Shown piece after piece: positions 26,603 through 32,000 of a stretch of 32,000 nucleotides of DNA. The position numbers were made by a program, and so were the translations under genes. Below the pieces are notes generated by a model that was given only the letters and a program-made list of their open reading frames with translations, searched no databases and had not been told where the DNA came from. Source of the stretch: Candidatus Hadarchaeales archaeon (GTDB taxonomy: Archaea > Hadarchaeota > Hadarchaeia > Hadarchaeales > Hadarchaeaceae). The stretch lies in assembly GCA_038823825.1 (NCBI GenBank), contig JAWBCC010000002.1, positions 30,001-62,000 on the forward strand, given 5' to 3'. Position 1 is the stretch's first letter. Every line of letters starts with the position of its first letter.

Positions 26603-27173
26603 AGTTTGACTTCAAATTTTCGATCAAATCTCCGATTTCTGGAAACTTTTTGGCGTAGGGATCTAAATCCAAGAGCACTTGATTCCAGAGCTCAAGCATA
26701 CCATCAGAGAGGTTTCCACATTCTGCGTACCGCAAGGCCTGGAGAAGAATCGAAAGGTAATCTGCAGCATGCACCAGCTCTGCTTCAATCGACCTTTCCT
26801 CAACAAACTCTTTCCAGAGTTCAAGAAGTTCTTTCTCCTCCCCGAAAAGTTCCTCCGCCGCCCTAGTCTCCATTTCTTTTTTGTTTCTTCTGGATAGATA
26901 CTTCAGTCCGGGATATGGAAAATCTCCTACTAGACATTCGGGCATGTCATGAATCAGAGCCATCTTAACAGCTTTTTCTACGTTTACCTTTCTCCCAATC
27001 TTTTTTCCGAGAAGCATGACTATCGAAGCCACCTCGAAGGAATGTTGGGAGACATCCTCGACTTCGGCTAAGGATACCCCGGCTAGGAGCCAACCGGTTC
27101 GAGGAATCTCCTTGAGCTGATTGATCTTTTTGAGTAGCTCAATCATCAGCTTACAATAACACTGAAACCTCAT
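26580..27173 (-). CDS. HD domain hydrolase (YfbR/HDDC2-like nucleotidase family)
   Basis: SVAEVEDVSQHSFEVA, ALIHDMPECLVGDFPY, ELVHAADYLSILLQA; start perhaps 27146 (MIELLKKINQLKEIPRTGWL). Confidence 0.85.
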   Translation of the reverse strand: MRFQCYCKLMIELLKKINQLKEIPRTGWLLAGVSLAEVEDVSQHSFEVASIVMLLGKKIGRKVNVEKAVKMALIHDMPECLVGDFPYPGLKYLSRRNKKEMETRAAEELFGEEKELLELWKEFVEERSIEAELVHAADYLSILLQALRYAECGNLSDGMLELWNQVLLDLDPYAKKFPEIGDLIENLKSNFNRLCNR

Positions 27174-27178
27174 AAAAT

Positions 27179-28147
27179 ATGAGTATACACAGAATAATCG
27201 TGAGTAAAATGCTCGGAGAGAAAGTGAAAGACATCCAACTCAGGCCCGATATGGATGTGGACGAGCTCGTAAGAAAGATGAGGGCCTCAGGCGGTTTTGT
27301 GGCCAAGAAGCTCGGAGAAGCAGCTGATATTCTGACAGGGATGGTGAAAGACAGAGAGTGCGTGAAATTCTTATCCTTTCCGGCATGCATCGTTGCAACC
27401 GGTTGCCGCGGTGTCATTAGAACCCTGATCGAAAGAAAACTCGTTGACGTGGTGATAACGACTTGCGGGACGATTGATCACGACATTGCCAGAAATTGGT
27501 CAGACTACTATCACGGAGCCTTCGAAATGGACGATGCTTGGCTGAAGAAGCGGGGAATCCACAGACTCGGAAACGTTCTGATACCGCAGGAAAACTATGG
27601 TGAGCTCATAGAGGAAAAAGTTCAACCGATATTGGAGGAAATTTATGCAGCCGGCGTAAGAGAGATATCGACAAAAGAGCTCTGCTGGGAAATCGGGAAG
27701 AGGATGAAGAAATCCTCAATTTTATACTGGACTTGGAAAAACAAGATCCCGATTTATGTTCCTGGAATACTTGACGGAGCATTTGGAAGCCAACTTTGGA
27801 TTTTCTGGCAAGACCACAAGGATTTTCGAATAGAACTCATGAAGGATGAACAGGAACTCGCAGAGACTGTATTCTCGGCTAAGCGCACCGGAGCCCTCAT
27901 AATCGGAGGAGGGATAAGTAAACATCACACCATCTGGTGGAATTCGTTTAGGGGCGGACTTGATTATGCCATCTATTTGACGACCGCTGAGGAATACGAC
28001 GGAAGTCTTTCCGGGGCGAGACCAAGGGAAGCCGTCTCATGGGGGAAAATAAAAATCAAGGCAAGGAAAATCGTGGTTGAAGGGGACGCCACCGTAACCC
28101 TTCCAATTCTGACGCTCGCTTTGCTCAAGAGGTTAAAAAATGTTTAA
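27179..28147 (+). CDS. dys: Deoxyhypusine synthase
   Basis: MLGEKVKDIQLRPDMDVDELV, VVITTCGTIDHDIAR, IYVPGILDGAFGSQLW, IIGGGISKHH, GARPREAVSWGKI; start perhaps 27209. Confidence 0.96.
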   Translation: MSIHRIIVSKMLGEKVKDIQLRPDMDVDELVRKMRASGGFVAKKLGEAADILTGMVKDRECVKFLSFPACIVATGCRGVIRTLIERKLVDVVITTCGTIDHDIARNWSDYYHGAFEMDDAWLKKRGIHRLGNVLIPQENYGELIEEKVQPILEEIYAAGVREISTKELCWEIGKRMKKSSILYWTWKNKIPIYVPGILDGAFGSQLWIFWQDHKDFRIELMKDEQELAETVFSAKRTGALIIGGGISKHHTIWWNSFRGGLDYAIYLTTAEEYDGSLSGARPREAVSWGKIKIKARKIVVEGDATVTLPILTLALLKRLKNV

Positions 28148-28442
28148 TAAGTTGACGGAGAAAATTGTGATGGAGGAAAGAATGCAACCACAAAAGAGGC
28201 TCGTCGGAAAAGTTACCCACTATTTCACGAAGATAGGCGTGGGCGTGATAGAGCTCTCCGATGAATTGAAGGTCGGGGACAAAATCTCGATCGAAGGTGC
28301 CACGACAAATTTCCAGCAGACTGTCGAATCCATGCAAATAGAGCACAAACCTGTCGATAAGGCTGGACCTGGGCAATCGATAGGGCTGAAAGTGAAAGAT
28401 CGGGTGCGAGAGGGCGATTTGGTCTATAAGATCTTGGAGTGA
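28140..28442 (+). CDS. Small translation-factor-like protein (EF-Tu/EF1A domain II-like beta-barrel)
   Basis: VGKVTHYFTKIGVGVIELSDELKVGDKISIEG...KAGPGQSIGLKVKDRVREGDLVYKI resembles domain II of translational GTPases without a G domain. Confidence 0.8.
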   Translation: MFNKLTEKIVMEERMQPQKRLVGKVTHYFTKIGVGVIELSDELKVGDKISIEGATTNFQQTVESMQIEHKPVDKAGPGQSIGLKVKDRVREGDLVYKILE

Positions 28443-28443
28443 A

Positions 28444-29379
28444 CTAGATTCCGCTAGAACTTCCGAAGAGCTCCCAGCCAAAGACTTCTTTCATCACGGA
28501 ATAAGCGGCAGATGGTGGAATTATCCCTCTTTCTGTGATGATTAGGTCGACATATTCGGGAGGAGTGATGTCAAATGCCGGATTTCTCACCTTCAGACCG
28601 GGGAATTTTTTAATATCTATCACTTCCTCGGGATCCCTCTCCTCGATTTCGATCAACTCACCGATCAGAGTTCTCGGATGAAACTTGTATGTCTCCGCTG
28701 CGACAAAGAAGAGAACACGGGCCTCATGGGCTGCTAGCGCTATCTGAGAGGTTCCTATCTTGTTGACCACAGCGCCATTGGAAGCTATGCTATCCGCACC
28801 CACTATCACTTTGTCTATTTCCTTCATGATGAATCTAACAGCTGAATCTACTATCATCGTGGTCGGAACTCCAGCGGCGAGAAGTTGGCGGGCGCTCAGC
28901 CAGCCCTGAAGACGGGGGCGAGACTCCGTTACGAAAGCCTCTATCTTCTTTCCCTGCTTGAAAGCAGTTATTATTACAGAAAGAGCCGCTTGACTGTTAC
29001 AATGTGTTAAAACAACGTCACCATCCCGCAGTCTTTTGGCTCCTATCTCGCCTATCCTTTTCACGGCTTCGAGAGAGGATTTTATAAACTCCTCTGCTCT
29101 GTTCCTCACCGTTGTTCTAAGAACTGAAAGATCTTCTTCTTTTTTCAAACCACGAACTACGAATTGAATCGCGTTAGAAAGGGAGACCGCGGTTGGTCTG
29201 GTTGAGAGAAGAAGCCTGGATGCCTCCGAAATCTCCCGTATGAATTCTTCAGAATTTCTTGCTTTCGAACGTTCCGCGACAATCGCAAGAGCCCTGGCCG
29301 CCTCTCTGGCGATTTTTCCAGCTCCCCTTACCCTCATCGTCTTTATGTCCGATGCTATTTTTCTAACTTCTCTCAACAT
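28444..29379 (-). CDS. Ribose-1,5-bisphosphate isomerase / eIF2B alpha-like family protein
   Basis: IKTMRVRGAGKIAREAARAL, VLTHCNSQAAL, VTESRPRLQGWLSARQL, IVGADSIASNGAVVNKIGTSQIALAA, ERDPEEV. Confidence 0.88.
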   Translation of the reverse strand: MLREVRKIASDIKTMRVRGAGKIAREAARALAIVAERSKARNSEEFIREISEASRLLLSTRPTAVSLSNAIQFVVRGLKKEEDLSVLRTTVRNRAEEFIKSSLEAVKRIGEIGAKRLRDGDVVLTHCNSQAALSVIITAFKQGKKIEAFVTESRPRLQGWLSARQLLAAGVPTTMIVDSAVRFIMKEIDKVIVGADSIASNGAVVNKIGTSQIALAAHEARVLFFVAAETYKFHPRTLIGELIEIEERDPEEVIDIKKFPGLKVRNPAFDITPPEYVDLIITERGIIPPSAAYSVMKEVFGWELFGSSSGI

Positions 29380-29399
29380 ACAACCACCCTTTCGATTTC

Positions 29400-29690
29400 C
29401 TACGTTATATTCTTCATCATCGCCATTAGATGGTTTCGCAAAATCACAAAATCCGTCTTCCTGGTTTCATCCTCAGCAGATGTTATTCTCTTCTCAAGTC
29501 TCGTCAGAAAATCCGAAAAAGTCTCACTTTCGTCGAGGTCTTTCTTCACGCACTCAAGAAACTCCGACAAATACGTAACGTTCGGGAGAGCCAATTCGAT
29601 CGCTTCTTCAACGATTTTTCTATCTTGTCCTTTAAGCATGGATATCACGGGGAAAACGGCTTTTCCTTGTAGGATTCCAACACCACCCAA
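29400..29690 (-). CDS. Small hypothetical protein
   Basis: Open frame between the eIF2B-like gene and the Lrp/AsnC gene; likely start ATG 29639 (MLKGQDRKIVEEAIELA). Confidence 0.5.
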   Translation of the reverse strand: MGGVGILQGKAVFPVISMLKGQDRKIVEEAIELALPNVTYLSEFLECVKKDLDESETFSDFLTRLEKRITSAEDETRKTDFVILRNHLMAMMKNIT

Positions 29691-30097
29691 GTAGAGACTC
29701 TGCGTGCCCCTTCCGAATGAAGGTTTTCCTTGATGAAGAGGTTCATTTCATCCATGTTGCCAAACCTCGCTTTGATAAGCAAAGAATCTTGACCGGTCAC
29801 CCTATGTATTTCTAAAACCTCATTCCGTTTTCCAAGCTTGGAGATGAGCGCTTCCATTTCGTTGGCTTCAACTTCGACTTGGATGAAAGCAAGTAATTCC
29901 GCCCCGCATTTTTTCGGATCGGTTAAAATAGTATATTGCTGGATTATGCCCAAACGCTCAAGTTTCTTCACCCTCCTCCTTGCACCAGGTAGGCTGAGAC
30001 CAACCTCTTTCGCTATTTCGTTCAGAGTTATTCTCGAATTTTTTGCAAGCATTCTCAGAATTCTCAAATCTACACTGTCTAACGTCATCCAAATCAC
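29645..30097 (-). CDS. Lrp/AsnC family transcriptional regulator
   Basis: LDSVDLRILRMLAKNSRITLNEIAKEVGLSLPGARRRVKKLERLGII HTH and C-terminal RAM-like domain; start perhaps 30088. Confidence 0.93.
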   Translation of the reverse strand: MIWMTLDSVDLRILRMLAKNSRITLNEIAKEVGLSLPGARRRVKKLERLGIIQQYTILTDPKKCGAELLAFIQVEVEANEMEALISKLGKRNEVLEIHRVTGQDSLLIKARFGNMDEMNLFIKENLHSEGARRVSTWVVLESYKEKPFSP

Positions 30098-31791
30098 CTG
30101 TGAGTGAAAATAGCCAAGGGTCTCGGAGTGACTCTTTCTAGTCTTACGAATCCAAACCTCTCAAATTGAATTACCGCGCCAGGAGTAAGAGAAAGAACAG
30201 ACGGTTCTACAAATCCCGTTAGAATAGAGCCGTCCGGCATCAGAACGTCTAGCTCGGGTGCCCCTGCCGGGACCCAGTGAATTTTTTGAATTTCCGCCAC
30301 CTCCATTCCGGCAAAGTCTCCGACCAAACCCGATGGTTTCTTCTCGATCAATCGAACATTCATCAAATCCTTAAGTCTAAAAATCTCGCCTTCACGCATT
30401 TTTTCCACGTCTTCTCCGCAAACGAAGAAAACCATTCCTTCTTCTTCAATTCTGAGAGGGATTACTCTTTCACCTGCCTCTTCCCTGCTTGGATGTAGCC
30501 TGAGTCTTACTTCCCTTAGCTTCGGAGCTTCTCTAACAGTAAGCTTTACCGGATCATGGACAAAGAAGTATCTGTCGGAGATTTCGTCGACAAGCTTCCT
30601 GTTCGCAGCATAAAGCGTCTCCCAGCTCAGCTGAGAGTCGACAAGGGTGAGTCCTACATCGAGAATTATCCTCTTTATCGCCTCAGGTAGGAAGCCTCTT
30701 CTCCTAAGAGCCGCCAGTGTTGCCAGTCTCACATCATCATAACCCGAGAGTTTTCCTTCCCTAACTGCAAGAACGATTTGGGTTTTGCTCAACATCGTTC
30801 CTGGCATATTCAGTCTTCCATATTGGACGGCGGTTGGATAGCTCCAGCCGAGGTGTTCGTAAAGAGTTCTCTGACATTGCTCGTTCACTTCATGCTCCTT
30901 TCCGCGAAAGATATGTGTGATTCCCATCTCGTGATCGTCAATTGCAGCTGCAAAGTTGTAAAGCGGCCAAACCTTCCACTTTTCTCCAACCCTTGGATGA
31001 GGGATATCGACTATTCGGCATGCGGGCCAATCTCTCACAGCCGGATTTGGATGGGAAAGATCCGTTTTTATTCTGAGCACGGCGTCTCCTTCTTTTAGAT
31101 CGCCGGAAATCATCCTTTCCCAGAGCCTAAAGTTCCCCTCCGGACTTCGACCACGGCAGGAACATGCTCTCCCCGCATCTCTGAGTTTTTTGAAATCCTC
31201 CGGTCTGCACGTGCATACGTAGGCTTTTCCCTCTCCGATCAACTTCTCTGCGTAATCATAATACAGCGGAAGTCTATCGGACTGTATGTATTCTTCATCC
31301 CATCTCAGTCCGAGCCATCTCAAGTCATTCCTTATGAAATCGTACATATCGAGCTGAACTTTTTCAGGATTCGTGTCCTCAAACCTCAGTATGAATTTTC
31401 CATCATACTTCCTCGCATACTCGTAACTCAAAATGGCTGCTCGGGCATTTCCTAAGTGAAGAGGACCATTTGGATTGGGCGCAAACCTGGTTGTAACTTT
31501 GCCCTTCTCCGCCAAGGGTAACTCGGGAAGCTCCTTTTTCTTCTCCCTTTTCTCTTCTGGTGGTTTTATCTCGCCAAGCTTGCTCTTCTGTTCATCTAGA
31601 GAGAGAAAATTCACTTCCGTGACGACTTCCCTGACAACCTCTAATACTTCTCTCACTTTAGATTTCAGCTCCGGGAATTCCGCAAGTGCTTTTTTTATAA
31701 CTGCGGAAACGTCGGCTTTTCCACCATGTTCAACTGCGTTGAGCAGGGCGAGATTGAATATTTTGTCTCTAAGGTTTTCCATCTGCACCAT
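30094..31791 (-). CDS. gltX: Glutamyl-tRNA synthetase (archaeal type)
   Basis: TRFAPNPNGPLHLGNARAAILSYEYA, FEDTNPEK, GFLPEAIKRIILDVGL, C-terminal anticodon-binding barrels; 565 aa. Confidence 0.96.
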   Translation of the reverse strand: MVQMENLRDKIFNLALLNAVEHGGKADVSAVIKKALAEFPELKSKVREVLEVVREVVTEVNFLSLDEQKSKLGEIKPPEEKREKKKELPELPLAEKGKVTTRFAPNPNGPLHLGNARAAILSYEYARKYDGKFILRFEDTNPEKVQLDMYDFIRNDLRWLGLRWDEEYIQSDRLPLYYDYAEKLIGEGKAYVCTCRPEDFKKLRDAGRACSCRGRSPEGNFRLWERMISGDLKEGDAVLRIKTDLSHPNPAVRDWPACRIVDIPHPRVGEKWKVWPLYNFAAAIDDHEMGITHIFRGKEHEVNEQCQRTLYEHLGWSYPTAVQYGRLNMPGTMLSKTQIVLAVREGKLSGYDDVRLATLAALRRRGFLPEAIKRIILDVGLTLVDSQLSWETLYAANRKLVDEISDRYFFVHDPVKLTVREAPKLREVRLRLHPSREEAGERVIPLRIEEEGMVFFVCGEDVEKMREGEIFRLKDLMNVRLIEKKPSGLVGDFAGMEVAEIQKIHWVPAGAPELDVLMPDGSILTGFVEPSVLSLTPGAVIQFERFGFVRLERVTPRPLAIFTHR

Positions 31792-31829
31792 AATGAATGA
31801 GTTTTCTTAAGGAAAAGACCTTTTTCTGC

Positions 31830-32000
31830 TCAGATCGAGCGTGTTATAACGAAATCTGCAAGTGCGAGCAACGTTTCTTTTGCCCGACTATCGCGGATGA
31901 CCGAGAGCTCCTTTTTAGCCTCATCGACAAGCTCAAGCGCGAGCTTCGATGAATATTCGATCGCTCCACATTCTTCGAGCAGATTGATCACTTTCTCTAA
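31830..32000 (-). CDS. Probable polyprenyl (geranylgeranyl) diphosphate synthase, C-terminal fragment only
   Basis: Manual reverse-strand translation ...LEKVINLLEECGAIEYSSKLALELVDEAKKELSVIRDSRAKETLLALADFVITRSI* resembles the C-terminal helices of trans-isoprenyl diphosphate synthases; remainder outside window. Confidence 0.65.
   Translation of the reverse strand, partial: LEKVINLLEECGAIEYSSKLALELVDEAKKELSVIRDSRAKETLLALADFVITRSI

Noticed and set aside
1-32000. CRISPR arrays, transposases, integrases, toxin-antitoxin or known defence operons.
   Set aside because: No regularly spaced repeats or diagnostic protein motifs were seen on reading the sequence and ORF translations; no such system can be supported.

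Overview
Gene-dense archaeal chromosomal window with about 34 protein-coding genes and 2 tRNA genes. Archaeal markers are class I LysRS, archaeal GluRS, aEF-2, deoxyhypusine synthase, short helicase-less XPF, DUF1512 and UPF0282. The reverse gyrase modules point to a (hyper)thermophile. I found no CRISPR array, transposase or integrase. Content is mostly translation, tRNA modification, DNA repair and core metabolism. Main points for a second look: (1) reverse gyrase is broken into two overlapping ORFs exactly inside the topoisomerase VESPxKA motif, so the predicted catalytic Glu lies on the helicase ORF. (2) A UPF0282 metallo-beta-lactamase gene is broken at a 9-A run. (3) A tightly overlapping operon reads site-2 protease, then ubiquitin-like MoaD/ThiS protein ending in Gly-Gly, then TtuA/NcsA-like PP-loop thiolase, with a second TtuA-like paralog elsewhere in the window. 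(4) A SWIM zinc-finger gene overlaps nth. (5) An apparently AT-richer segment (about 7.6-12.7 kb) carries an RNase J-like beta-CASP protein and reverse gyrase next to tRNA-Thr. Nothing here clearly shows an entirely new defence or mobile system. The frame breaks could equally be assembly errors.
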